Positions 52,550 through 64,000 of a DNA stretch of 64,000 nucleotides are shown one piece after another; position 1 is the stretch's first letter; each line of letters starts with the position of its first letter. The stretch comes from Chiloscyllium plagiosum (Eukaryota). The DNA lies in assembly GCF_004010195.1 (NCBI RefSeq), contig NC_057749.1, positions 8,001,901 through 8,065,900 of the forward strand, given 5' to 3'. The notes beneath the pieces are model-generated. The model did not search any database, was not told the DNA's origin, and saw nothing but the letters and a program-made list of their open reading frames with translations. The position numbers and the translations under genes were made by a program.

Positions 52550-53207
52550 ATCCCTGAAGTGTGGAAACAGGCCCTTTGGCTCTACAAGTCCACACTGACC
52601 CTCTGAAGGGTATTCCACCCAAACCCACTCCCCAACTTTTACCCCTAACCTACACATCACTGAACACTATGGGCAACTTAGCATGGCCAATTCACCTAAC
52701 CTGCACATCTTTGGACTGTGGGAGAAAACCGGAGCAAACCCACGCAGACATGGGGCGAATGCGCAAACTCCACACAAACAGTCGCCTGAGGCCGGGATGG
52801 GACCATTCGCCGCCGCCGCCCTTTCACCACCAAGGACACTTCGCCACCGCCCATTGGCCGCTGAGGACGATTCGCCACCACAAGTGTTTGTAACTCATTT
52901 TTATGTATAAACCAATAAAATGATATTTATTTCACCTCTTTTTTTATCAATATGTACTATGTTGTTGTATACATAAAAGGGACTGAAAAATTTCATAGAA
53001 CAGGTGGGAGGGAAAACAATCAGTACATATATATATATTTCTGGTGGTCAAACAACCCCAGTGGGGGAATGCTGGTGGCAAACCGGCAGTGGCTAATCGG
53101 CGGCGGCGAATGTGCCGCGGTGAATATTCACCAACCCGCCTGAGGCTGGGATTGAACCCAGGTGCTGTGAAGCAGCAATGCTAAGCACTGAGCCACCATA
53201 CTACCCC
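52550..53207 (-). mobile_element. HE1-type V-SINE interrupted by a MITE
   Basis: HE1 sequence is restored exactly when 52793-53138 and one TSD copy are removed. Confidence 0.88.
52793..53138. mobile_element. Non-autonomous DNA transposon (MITE), 346 bp
   Basis: Termini cgggatgg / ccaacccg; 8-bp TSD cctgaggc at 52785-52792 and 53139-53146; subterminal (attcgccacc)-type repeats inverted at the two ends; AT-rich centre. Confidence 0.8.
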
Positions 53208-53714
53208 ATTTCTCTTTGCCTCAGTGCTAAATGAGCAGGAACAGGAGCAGGATTAAGTTGGATGATCAGGCATGACTGTATTGAATGGCAGAGCAGGTTT
53301 GAAAGCCGAATGGCCTACTCCTGCTCCTATTTTCTATGTTTCTATGACCTGGCAACTTTTCAAAGTGAAACTTGGCTTCCTCTCATTCCACCTTGATTTT
53401 GCGCTCAGTTGTTTTTAACATTTGGGGGAGTAGCTTGGGAATGACATGACATCAGTTACTGCATGAATTCCCTCTCTAATAGCATTGCGGGTCAACCCAC
53501 AGCAGGTGGACTGCAGCGATTCGAGAAGGCAGCTCAACATCACCTTTTCAAGGGGCAACGTGGGACCGGCAACAAATGCTGGCCCAGCCAGCGATGCCCA
53601 CATCCAACAAATCAATAAAACAAAGTTGTTGAGTTGGATTATTTTCTATGTTTTCAATAGGCATATTTCTTCACCTAAGGAGTTTCTTGCACATGTCTGT
53701 ATTCTGTTTACCCG

Positions 53715-56700
53715 GTTTGTTTGATTCATTTGAGGATTTTCACTGCTACTACTGCCTTTACATTTGAGTGGAGATAGCCTGGAGATGATGTATGATGTTG
53801 AATTTCACAATCATTTACGTAGCACCTGAATTCTTCACTCATGAATTGAAGGCCATTATCGCTCATCACAATGTCCAGACTATCATAATGACTGAAGTGT
53901 GCATCCAGGCATTCTACAGTCTCACTGGTCGTCTCTGATATTAACTGGTCTTACTCCCAGTTATGAAAATAGCAGCTGACAGTTGCAAGATAATCAGTTC
54001 CTTCAACAGTGACGAGGTCTACTTCATGCTTCTTCCAGGGTCTGTCTGGGATGTCATACATCACAAGCAGCTCTTCAGCTGCCTTCCTATTGTATTTGTT
54101 ATAAACACAGCACTGGCTAATGTGGTCTTTAATCTCATTGCTCCTGATCGGGCAATAGAGCATTTCTCCTCATTTTCTCAGTTCTTTGATGGTTGTTACA
54201 GTGAATCCTGACCAGTGCTCATTATTTTGTGTGAGACTTGCTGTCACTAACTTCTTTTCTGATAAGGATCCAGTGTGTTGAAGGAAAACAACTTAGTTGT
54301 TTAATGCGAAGAGACTCCTTGTCTTAAGCAAGATGCATATTATCACATGATAGCAACTGAATACATGTTACGCTAATATTATAGAGATATTACAGAAACT
54401 ATCAGGAAGACCCACATGGTGGGTCTTATTCCTTTAAAATTGTAATCTCTTCTGCCACCAAATCCATATGAGATTATCATTGTGGGTGGTGCTTAAGGTA
54501 TACCTCAGTATTAATTGTTTTAGACTCTTCCTTTTGGCGTTTCACACTTCAGCATCTGTTTCCCATCAACTCAGATATAATGATTCTATTTCCTTTGTTC
54601 AAGTTGCCACCTTAGGTAATCACTTCATCTCTACATCCTCAATATTCTCCAATGGCTGCTGATGTGACCTTGATGTTTTCAGGTCTTCCATTCATCATTA
54701 CACTCTGTGGAACTTGGAGTGTTCAGCCTTGGTACATCGTTTGCTTGATATGAGCAAGCCACTGTCCTTCAGATTCAATTTCTTTGCTGGTTTGATGACT
54801 TCCAGATCATGTCAAACTGTTTCTCTCTTTGAATCTGGACAATTTCATACTCTGTTTTAGCATCCTCAAATTGATTCATAGGGAGTGCCCCTCTCAACAG
54901 CATATCAGCATTGTACTTGCTTGCACATTGTCTGCAAACCCTAACCCTAACCCATTCTGTGTAGCTACTTTGGAGCGGATAGAAGCAGTTTTAGAAAGTC
55001 ACTTTGAAATGGCTGGTGGTCAGACTCAACAGTTGCCTTGTTTCTCACTAACTAGTAGTGATTGCAATGCTCACAAACAAAGACAGCAGTCAGGAGCTCT
55101 TTCCCAAAACTGAACTTGGCATAGTTCAGTTTGCATCAATGCCTTACATGCAAATGTAACTGGCTGCCCTTGCTGCACAAGGGTTGCTCTACATGCTGTG
55201 TTGTTGGCATCACACTGCAAGGTGTCTCCATCGCTGAAGTCACAGTACTGGCATTGACATTACTCAGTTTCATTTTAGTGAAAGCTACTTCTTACTCAGT
55301 GCCTCAATCTTATTACATATCCTCAAAGATTCTTGTGCAGATGTTCACACTCTGATGACAAATTAGTCCAGAACTTTGCTAGATAGCTCACAAGCCTAAC
55401 AAATCATCATACTGCTTTCACATCTTTCGGCAGCTGCCCCTCTGCTACAGCTTTCATTCTGCCAGCATCAGCAGATGATCTATGTACTTGACTTCAGGCA
55501 TCTTCAATTGCATATTGTTCATCTTTGCCTGGTGAGCTGTCTCCAGCAGTTGCAATAAGTTCTGAATATGGTTTACAATGGCTTCTTCAATTGTCTCTCC
55601 GCATCTAGAGATTAGCAGATTATCAACAATAGCATCCACTCTATGAATATCATTAATAGTCTTGTGTTGTCTGCATTGATGCCATGGAAATGCCAAACGT
55701 CTGTAGCTACTCAGAATATTGCATCAAATAGCAGTTACCTTCATCTTGGCACCTTACTTGGAGTTACCATCCTTTAGGTTAAGGGTAACACATATGTCTG
55801 CCTTGTCAAATTGTGACAAACCTTCTACAATGGTTGGAATGAGCTGGTGAGGTCTCTTCAAAGTCTTATGGACTTTCCACACCTCGGTTTTCCAGGTTTT
55901 ATTCCCTGTTACTCTGCTGTTAATCCTGTCTGTGGAAGTTAGGTGTCACTTTCTTGATGCTTGCCTTCTTTTCCAGCTCTTCTACCTTCTCTTTCAGGAC
56001 TGACTTGTGGGTAAGTGGAACTTTCCTTTCTCCCACATTCTCATCCACTTCAAGATGATCTTCACCACAAAGACTTCTAAGACTAGTAAAAACATCTTTG
56101 AAATCTTTCAGGATGCATTCAACTGTCAATGGCTCAGTGGCATGTGAAATGCTTCACATTTCTTCTGGCATGTAAAGGTTCCTAGTCCAAGCTTTAGACC
56201 AGCTTCAACTGAGCCATACAGAGCTTGATTAGAGTCTTCTACTTGGAACTCCATTGTTCCCATTACAATGAGCTCTCAGCTTAATTTATCCTCTTGGGAT
56301 GAGTATCATTCCATCACATAGTCTCATTCTTATTTTTTAAAGGCCTCATTTTTGGGTCAACATCTCAAACCACATTGCAAAGGTCTGTGAAGCTCCTGAT
56401 GTTGGATGAAGCACCAGTGTTTAGCTGGTACTACACATTCATTTGATACTGTCATCCTGCAGTCTTCATTCTGATAGCCGTAAACAATTTACAGCAGTAG
56501 ATGCTGACATTTTGTGAGTTACAGAGTGATTTGTCAGAATCACCCATTGACATCTTTCCTGCAGCCATCTTTCTTGGCTTGTTTTACTTCTTTCCAGTTA
56601 AATGCTTGTGTGCAAAATGATATAGATTTTTTTCAGTCACAGCACTGTTTTCCCCATATTGGAAATAGAGTCATACAACACAGAGACAGACCCTTCGGTC

Positions 56701-57760
56701 CATGCCGAACAAGATCCTAATTTCAATTAGTCCCTCCCGCCTTCTCCCTGGACAATATCCCTCCAAACCTTTCCTATTCATGTACTTATCCAAATGTCTT
56801 TTAAATGTTATCATTGCACCCATATCTACCACTTTCTCAGGAAGTTCATTCCACCTGAAAACCATCCTCTGTGTAAAAAAAATTGCCCTCATTTCTTTTT
56901 TAAATCTCTCTCCTCTCTCCTTAAAAATGTGCCCCCTAGTCTTGAAATGCCACGTCCTAAGGAAAAGACACCTGCCATTAATCCTATCTACACCCTCACT
57001 ATTTTATAAACTTCTATAAGGTCGCCTCTCAACTTTTTACATTCCAGTGAAATAAGTCCCAGCCTACCCAGCCTTTCTTGATAATTCAGATTGTCCGTAC
57101 CTGGCAACATCCTGGTAAATCTCTTTTGAATCCTCTCCAGCTTAATAATATCCTTCCTACAACAGGACATGTTTTCTTTTCATTTATACAATGCTCACCA
57201 AAACATTATATCCTGACCTCTGGCCTTTATTTTTCTCCTGACCTTTCTGCAAAAAACCTTTTCTGCCCTTGCTTCAAGTATGTAGTTTTCATTCTGCCAA
57301 AAATATCTCTTGAGATATTGTGAGGCCTTGTCTATTCCCTTGTTAGCATATTCTAATGAGTCCTTGACAACCTCAGAACTGTTTCACATATTAACACTTG
57401 CCCAGAGAATAAATTTCCCCTCTCTCAACAGACATGATCTCATGGTGCGATCTCTTATACCTAAGACAAACTATCACTAATGAGACTATGCACAAATGGC
57501 TCTTTGTCTCAATGCTTAATATGCTGATTAATAATCTCTGTCTCTTTCTGCGCTCTGATGTTGAGTACACAGCATTCATTAATAGAAGGCTCAAAGTATG
57601 TCTTCAAAGTCTTCATAATGTCTTCTACATTGGTTCTCTGCTTCTTGGTGAGATGTAGAGTGTAATGTTTTTTGTAGTACTATTTTGCCCTAACTCTAAA
57701 TAGGGTGGCTACATTTATTTGCTTTTTAAAAAATCCAATTCAGTTGCCATTTCATATTAT
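53715..57760 (-). mobile_element. Ty3/Gypsy LTR retrotransposon internal region (gag, PR, RT, RH, IN), heavily decayed
   Basis: Protease QLNTGASSNI (~56420); FKDVF...RKVPL; RT AIVDNLLI (~55620); RNase H TLQCDA (~55215); integrase IPDRPWK..VDL and VMSDNGLQF...TSSPGYLHSN (~53800). Confidence 0.88.
56665..57166 (-). mobile_element. HER1/CR1 LINE 3' fragment inserted in the Gypsy gag region
   Basis: RKDIIKLERIQKRFTRMLPG; FFTQRMVFRWNELPE. Confidence 0.9.
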
Positions 57761-59444
57761 TGACACTGAGACTGCAACAAATTCTGATTTTATATCATGC
57801 ATCCTTTCGTTTCCATAGCAGCAGGGAGTAGAACAGGCACAGCCATCCGACTCAGTCAAAATTTCAAAGTTGTAGACTACGATTTGAATCTGGTTTTCTA
57901 CAGTAGCTGGCCTCTCTTACAGTTCTGAAAATTCTCTCATTCTCAGCCTCTGAAGTCCCGTTCCGAGCAATGTTTTAAAAACGAAAGTAAAAGCAAATTA
58001 CAGCAGAGGTCAAACCACCACAACAGGCCAGAGACAAGTGTTGGATTGCATTGGATAATGCAGTCCAATTGCATTTCTCCAAATTACTGTCATGTCGGTG
58101 GGCACCCAACTGGTAAAGACAAAAAGACCTGACTGGACCCAAGTTACAGGGTTCAAAAACAAATTGCAGTTAATGATCCTTGTTGTGTTCCAATGAATAT
58201 GATATGACAGTTTGGACTGACCAGAGATAGGCCCACTCAAGCCATGGTGCCTACAGGCTAAGTGAATCTCAAAACAATCTGCGCAATTGTCCTCTTCTTG
58301 TTTCCCTTTCCTCTCTGCTTTACTTTCTGTCTGCATTCAATTCTTGATGATTGGCACAGGCTTTCTTTCAGAGGAGATTGAAGATGTAGCACTGAGGTTA
58401 AGCAAGTGTCAGCTCCCATTACAACAAACTTGGTGCAGACAAATATTTGGATGCAACAACAGTGGCCCTAACCCCCCCTCAGGCCCCAAAAGCTCTGTTA
58501 ATGTCGATAGACATTGACTTTGAATACGTAGATCCTATTGTGGCAGGCACCTGTTTAAAACAAGCACATTTTCTCTTCCCAGGAGGCAATTTCAAATGAA
58601 TTGTAGCCCCCACAGTGACAAGTGAGCTACTTTGACACGGCCAAGAAATATGTTGTATAACTATCGCTTTGCAGATGCACTTTAACATGTATGTGTGGCA
58701 ATAACATCAACGTGAGCAGCTTTGCTTCATTAGGCTGAAATCAAACAGCAGCTGCAAGAAAGGAGCTTGAAATTCTTAATTCAAAGACCTACTTGGCTAG
58801 AACCCACTTGATTTCCCAGCCTGAACTTGTTTTTTTTTCCATTTTGGCATTGTCAAACTCACTAGTCCTGCATTCAGTTTCAGAGATAAACTCTCTCATG
58901 GTCATGTGCAATGTGAGCAAGTCCATACTAAATTTCCAGTAGTGTATCATGCCTCAAGCTCATTATCCATCCTTAAATCGGCATCTCTAAAAGGCCATTA
59001 TCACATCACTGTTGATGTGAGCTCACTGTGCAAAATGAGGCTTCTGCACTTCCTACATAACACCAACAGTGACTACACTTCACAAATGACATCATTGGCT
59101 ATAAAGTCATTCAGGATGCTCTGAGACTGGAAAAATCGCTGTAAAATTGGAGGTTTTTGTTTTAGAAAATCCAAATCTTAGTTCCCTTTCTTTCATGTTT
59201 TTTTAAAAAGTTTCATATTTATGTCATCAGTTTGCATACGGGTCTTTATTGTTATGCAAGAGAAAGATACCTATAGCAATCTTTGGCATCAAAAGGTGCA
59301 TGAGGAAGCTGAAAATGGATTTTCTCCTTGATTCATCCTCTGCTGAAAAGGAATTGTCTGCAAAGCTTCCTTTAGGCACAAAGTGAAAAGCAGAATGGAC
59401 CACATGGACTGAAAGGTTCAAAAAGGCAACTCACCAACACCTTC

Positions 59445-59830
59445 TTAGAGTCATAGAGTCATAGAGATTTACAGCACGGAAACAGGCCCTTTGGCCCAAC
59501 TTGCCAATATTACCCAGTTTTCACAATTAATCTAATTCCATTTGCCTGCATTTGGTCCATATCCCTCCATTCCTATTCCATGTACCTGTCCAAATGTTTC
59601 TTAAATGACAAATTGTACTCACCTCCACCTCTAGCCACCTGTTCCAGACACTCACCACCCTCTGTGTGAAAAAAATTGTCCCTCTGAATCATTTTGTATC
59701 TCTCCCCTCTCACCTTAAACCTATGCCCTCCAGTTCTAGACTTTCCTACCCTGGGGAAAAGCTGTTGGCTATCTACCCTATCTATCCTCTCATGATTTTA
59801 CTCTATAAGGTAACTCGTCACTCATACGCT
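59445..59830 (-). mobile_element. HER1/CR1 LINE 3' fragment
   Basis: (tagagtca)n tail; ctctcaccttaaacctatgccc. Confidence 0.85.
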
Positions 59831-60129
59831 CAGGGAAATAGTTCATGTTCATGCAAAAGTGCATGTTAACACAGCAACTAGGGCAGAGTTGGTTGACTGG
59901 ATGGCTAGTTTGGATTAGACTGATGCCAAAAGTACAGGGTTTGTTCCACAATGAGGTTGGCATCATGATCTGTCCCCTTGTGGTGAAGGATTTCATGTTG
60001 TATGCCAGACCCAGCATCAGGCAAGGAACTTAACAAGGGTGGTCCTCAAGAAAGGATATAATTAAACTAGAAAGAGTGCGGAGAAGATTTACTGGATGCT
60101 ACCTGGACTGAAGGGTTTGATAAGAAGAG

Positions 60130-60475
60130 GCCGGATACCCTCCCCCCACCTTACCTCAGTCCCAACCCTCGGACTCAGCACTGCCTTCTTGACCTGCAAT
60201 CTTCTTCCCGACCTCTCCGCCCCCACCCCCTTTCCGGCCTATCACCCTCACCTTAACCTCCTTCCACCTATTGCATTCTCAACACCCCTCACCCAAGTCC
60301 TTCTTCCCTACCTTTTATCTTAGTCTGCTTGGCACACCTTCTTCATTGCTGAAGAAAGGCTTATGCCCGAAACGTCGATTCTCCTGCTCCTTGGATGCTG
60401 CCTGACCTGCTGCGCTTTTCCAGCAACACATATTTCAGCTCTGATCTCCAGAATCTGCAGTCCTCACTTTCTCCC
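60130..60475 (+). mobile_element. PLE family A 3' UTR and terminal repeat, hammerhead core at 60349-60376
   Basis: CUGAAGA-a-aGGC-uuau-GCCc-GAAAC-GUC, followed by the family A tail. Confidence 0.8.
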
Positions 60476-60720
60476 ATCCTTTTTTATCATGTCTTACCAC
60501 ATTCAGACTTGTCACACAGTCCCTTTTTTTCATCGTGTTAAATGTTATCTTGGGAATCAATTACAGCAATAATTGAAATAACTCCATAAAGATAGGTATC
60601 TTGTAACCAAGTCACCCTTTATTTGCACTAACTACACTTGTTCAGCTCCCTCAGAGCCAGGTCTCGGACACTCCTGTTTGTATGTCAGTCAGGGCTCCCT
60701 GATTGAACCAATCCTGATCA

Positions 60721-61309
60721 GTTAAAAATCACACAACAGCAGGTTATAGTCCAACAGGTTTATTTGGAAGTACCAATTTTTGGAGTGCTGCTCCTTCATC
60801 TTTTTTTTTGCAGGTTACAATTCATTAATATGTAAATCCCAGACTTTCTTTCAAGTCACATTCCAAGATAGCTTAAGGTTTTATAAAAAAAGGTAACATC
60901 TCAGCTCAGACAGTGCATTAAAGGTGTGAGATTAGAGTCTGTCTATCTTCCATACTTGAGTCAGACTGGTTCTATTTCCAAAGTAAGAATACATAAAATG
61001 TCACATGGACTGCCTGCCTGCAGATTGTGTGCTTTTTGAACAAAATAGAATGTATCTGCAAATGCAAATTCATGCCATAGACTTAGATGTGTGTGCGTGC
61101 ATGTGTACATGTATGTGTGAGGGAGAGAGTGTGTGACCATGGATGTGAGTGTGAGAGTGTGTAAATGTGCTTGATAGCGTGTGTGTGCGAGTGACTTGGA
61201 GGATATGCCTGTGAGAGGGTGTGTATGAGTGTGAGCATGTATATGGGCGTCTGAGTGAGCGTGTGTATGAGAGACAGTCTACGTGTGATCGTGTGTAAGA
61301 GTATGTGTT

Positions 61310-61345
<36 letters not shown>

Positions 61346-62777
61346 AGAGACTCTATAGTGTATTGGGCTCACTTGTAGTGTGACATGAATCCAGGAGCCC
61401 GTTTGAGGCCATCCTCATGAATACCGAACTTAACTACCAGCCTCTGCCCAGTGACTCTGCATTGTTGCGTATCCCAAAGTCCACCCTGGAGGATGGTCAC
61501 CTGAAGATCCGAGGCTGAATGTTCCTGACCGCTGAAATGTTCCTCGACTGGGAGGGAACCCCTGTCTGGTAATTGTTGCACAGTATCCATTCATCTGTTG
61601 TCATAGCGTCTGCATGGTCTTGCCAATGTACCATGCCTCGGGACATCCTTACTTGCAGCATATGAGATGGAACGTTGGCCATGTCACACGAGTACTTACT
61701 GCACATGTGTAATGGTGGCATCCATGTCAACATTCTGACAAATCTTGCAATGGTTGCCATGGCAGGATTGTCTGGTGTTGTTGTCAATGTTGTCCTGAAG
61801 GCTGGGCAGTTTGCTGTGAATAGTGGTCTGTTTAAGGTTAGGCGGTTGTTTAAAGGTGAGAAGTGGAGGTGTAGGGAAGGTCTTGGTGAGGTGCTCATCC
61901 TCATCGTTAATGTGTTGCAGGGTGCGAAGAACGTAGCGTTTCTCCACTCCCAAGAAGTACTGGAAAATGAAGGGTACCTTATCAGTTGCATCCCGTATCT
62001 GTCTCCTGAGGTCATTGTGCTTCCTCGTTGTGGCACGTCGGAACTAGCGATCTATGAGTTGAGCATCATATCCTATTCTTCTGAGGGCATCCATAAGTAT
62101 CTTCAGGTGTCTGTCATGTTTCTCCTCATCTGAAAAGATCCGATGCATGTATAGGGCTTGTCTGTGGGGAATGTCTGTTTTAATATGAGAAGTGTAGTGT
62201 TGTGAGTTTTGCGATAGAGTGAGGTGCTGAGGTGCCTGTCCTTGATGGAGATGCGTGTGTCCAAGAATGAGACTGATTTTAAAAAGCAGTCCATGGTAAG
62301 TCTGACAGTGGGATGAAACGTATTGATATCACTGTGTAGTTGTTTCAGTGACTCTCACCATGGCTCTAGAGGAAGAAAATGTCAGGGATGTATCTGTTGT
62401 ACAGTGTTGGTTGGAGGTCCTGTGCAGCAAAGAGGTTTTGTTCGAATTTGTGCAAAAAACGTTTGGCATATTCGGTTGCCAATGTGGTTATCATGGCTGT
62501 TCCAAGTGTCTGGATAAAGAACTGGTTGTCAAAATTGATGGTGCTCTGGTTGAGGATGAAGCTGATTAAGTTATAGGATGTTGCCTGGAGATTGGCAGTT
62601 GTTGGTATTGAGGACTGAGGCTGTTGAAGCGATGCCATCATCGTGTGGGATGCTGGTGTAGTGTCGAAACGTCCATTGTGACAAGAAATGTTCCTGGTTC
62701 ACTGGTCTGTGGGTGCTGAGTTTCTGTAAGAAATCTGTAGCGTCGCGACAGGAGCCAAGGGTCCTCTGTACAATGGG
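60721..62777 (-). mobile_element. Penelope-like retroelement (family C): RT plus GIY-YIG endonuclease, 5'-truncated and decayed
   Basis: FDNQFFIQTLGTAM; VSFLDTRISIKD..LSTSLYRK; FKQPPNLKQ; VEEHFSGQEHSASDLQVTILQGG; (TG)n/(GA)n 3' UTR; family C end at 60721-60800. Confidence 0.9.
61085..61350. repeat. Degenerate (TG)n plus (GA)n simple repeat within the PLE 3' UTR
   Basis: gtgtgtgtgtgtgagagagagagagag. Confidence 0.85.
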
Positions 62778-63429
62778 GAATCCTAATAGGGAACTCATAT
62801 TCTATGAGGAGCATCTGGCTGACCTCATTGCAATTACTACAACATTGTTCCTAATTTCTGAAGCAAGTTGACTATTCCAGGCACTTCAGTGAGTCTGAAT
62901 GTTGTACTTAGCCATTTACAAGTCTGCTTGTTTTATCTAAAACTGAGATTTTGGAAAGTCACAGTCAGCTGTTCAGTAAGGAGTTGAGTCACTGAAGGAT
63001 TGGAAATTCAATGCAATGACTGCCTCTTCTAATTGCTAGCAGTTACACATATTATCTCAGTTTTTCTTTCAGGGCAGATCGGAAAGGTTAGGATTGCACA
63101 GACATCTCAAAATATGTTACGGATAATTAAATATGTTTTAAGTCATATGGTAAATGCATGTATGGCTATTTCTGAAAGTCAGTTCTAAGAAAACTTGTAT
63201 TTATGTTTCTTTCTTTATTCTTCCTTGGACTGTATGACCAGGCCAGTGTTTGTTACCCATCCCTATTTGATTGCTGTCTTGCTGAGGCCATTTCAGAAGG
63301 CTCTTTCTGTAAAGTTTCAACCACATTGCTGTGGATCTGGAGTCACGTGTAGGCCAGGCCAGTTAAAGATGGCAGATTTCCTTCCTTAAAATTAGTCAAA
63401 TTTATTTTTTGTGACATGATTTTGTGACA

Positions 63430-63519
63430 ATCACCTGATGAAGGAGCGTCGCTCTGAAAGCTAGTGTGCTTCCAATTAAACCTGTTGGACTATAACCTGG
63501 TGTTGTGTGATTTTTAATT
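63430..63519 (+). mobile_element. ~90-bp PLE family C mini-insert
   Basis: Flanked by 10-bp direct repeat ttttgtgaca (63420-63429, 63520-63529), inside an L2-tail SINE. Confidence 0.75.
63432..63466 (+). ncRNA. Minimal type I hammerhead ribozyme, core intact
   Basis: cac-CUGAUGA-a-GGAGC-guc-GCUCU-GAAA-GC-UA-gug: stem I cac/gug, 5-bp stem II, palindromic AGCU stem III. Confidence 0.75.
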
Positions 63520-63792
63520 TTTTGTGACAGTTGATGATAATTGAGACTACGTTTACAGATGCTTTCTAATCAACCTATTCTGCGATGTTATGACACACTT
63601 CTGAAGCAGGTAGGACTTGAACCCAACCCTCCTGGCTCAGAGGCAGGGCCATTATCACTGTTGCTCAAGAGCCCCTTCAGACCAACCTTATAGTTATTGC
63701 AGTCAACCTGTTATTATACACTTCAACGGTAAGTGGGACTTGAATCCAGATCTTCTGGCCTAGAAGTAGGGACATTACAACTCCATCACGGT

Positions 63793-64000
63793 GGGCGGCA
63801 CGGTGGCACAGTAGTCAGCACTGCTGCCTCACAGCGCCAGAGACCCGGGTTCAATTCCCGCCTCAGGCGACTGACTGTGTGGAGTTTGCACGTTCTCCCC
63901 GTGTCTGTATGGGTTTCCTCCGGGTGCTCCGGTTTCCTCCCACAGTCCAAAGATGTGCAGGTCAGGTGAATTGGCCCTGCTAAATTGCCTGTAGTGTTAG
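63793..64000 (+). mobile_element. HE1-type V-SINE (runs off window end)
   Basis: ggcggcacggtggcacagt...gggttcaattcccgcctcagg. Confidence 0.92.

Larger units (their letters stand above)
60574..62841 (-). mobile_element. Short solo-LTR-like repeat (60574-60720 plus 62778-62841), split by a Penelope
   Basis: Minus strand begins TGtagt and ends atttCA; halves collinear with the other copies. Confidence 0.65.

Noticed and set aside
54937..54953. Telomere-like (CCCTAA) repeats
   Set aside because: Fewer than three units; insufficient for an interstitial telomere
61070..61372. His/Thr-rich ORF
   Set aside because: Translation of a (CA)n-rich simple repeat in the PLE 3' UTR

Overview
Eukaryotic, repeat-dense, mostly intronic or intergenic vertebrate DNA. 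It is almost certainly from a shark or ray, inferred from many HE1-type V-SINEs and HER1/CR1-type LINE 3' ends. I could not support any intact host protein-coding gene. Every recognisable ORF is a decayed retroelement: Rex1/Babar, CR1/HER1 and L2-type LINEs, Penelope-like elements (PLE), and one Ty3/Gypsy relic. Highlights: (i) at least five distinct PLE-end families, each carrying a minimal hammerhead ribozyme motif, often as fold-back palindromes with 10-16 bp target-site duplications (TSDs), including a ~90-nt insert that is little more than an intact hammerhead; (ii) a CpG-rich 346-bp MITE with an 8-bp TSD inside a SINE; (iii) repeated PLE insertion into one short LTR-like family, plus several multi-level nested insertions; (iv) a candidate 208-nt mostly 5'UTR exon on the + strand and a candidate recursive splice site. 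Repeat boundaries were read by eye and are approximate unless a TSD is quoted. Family letters A-E are my own labels.
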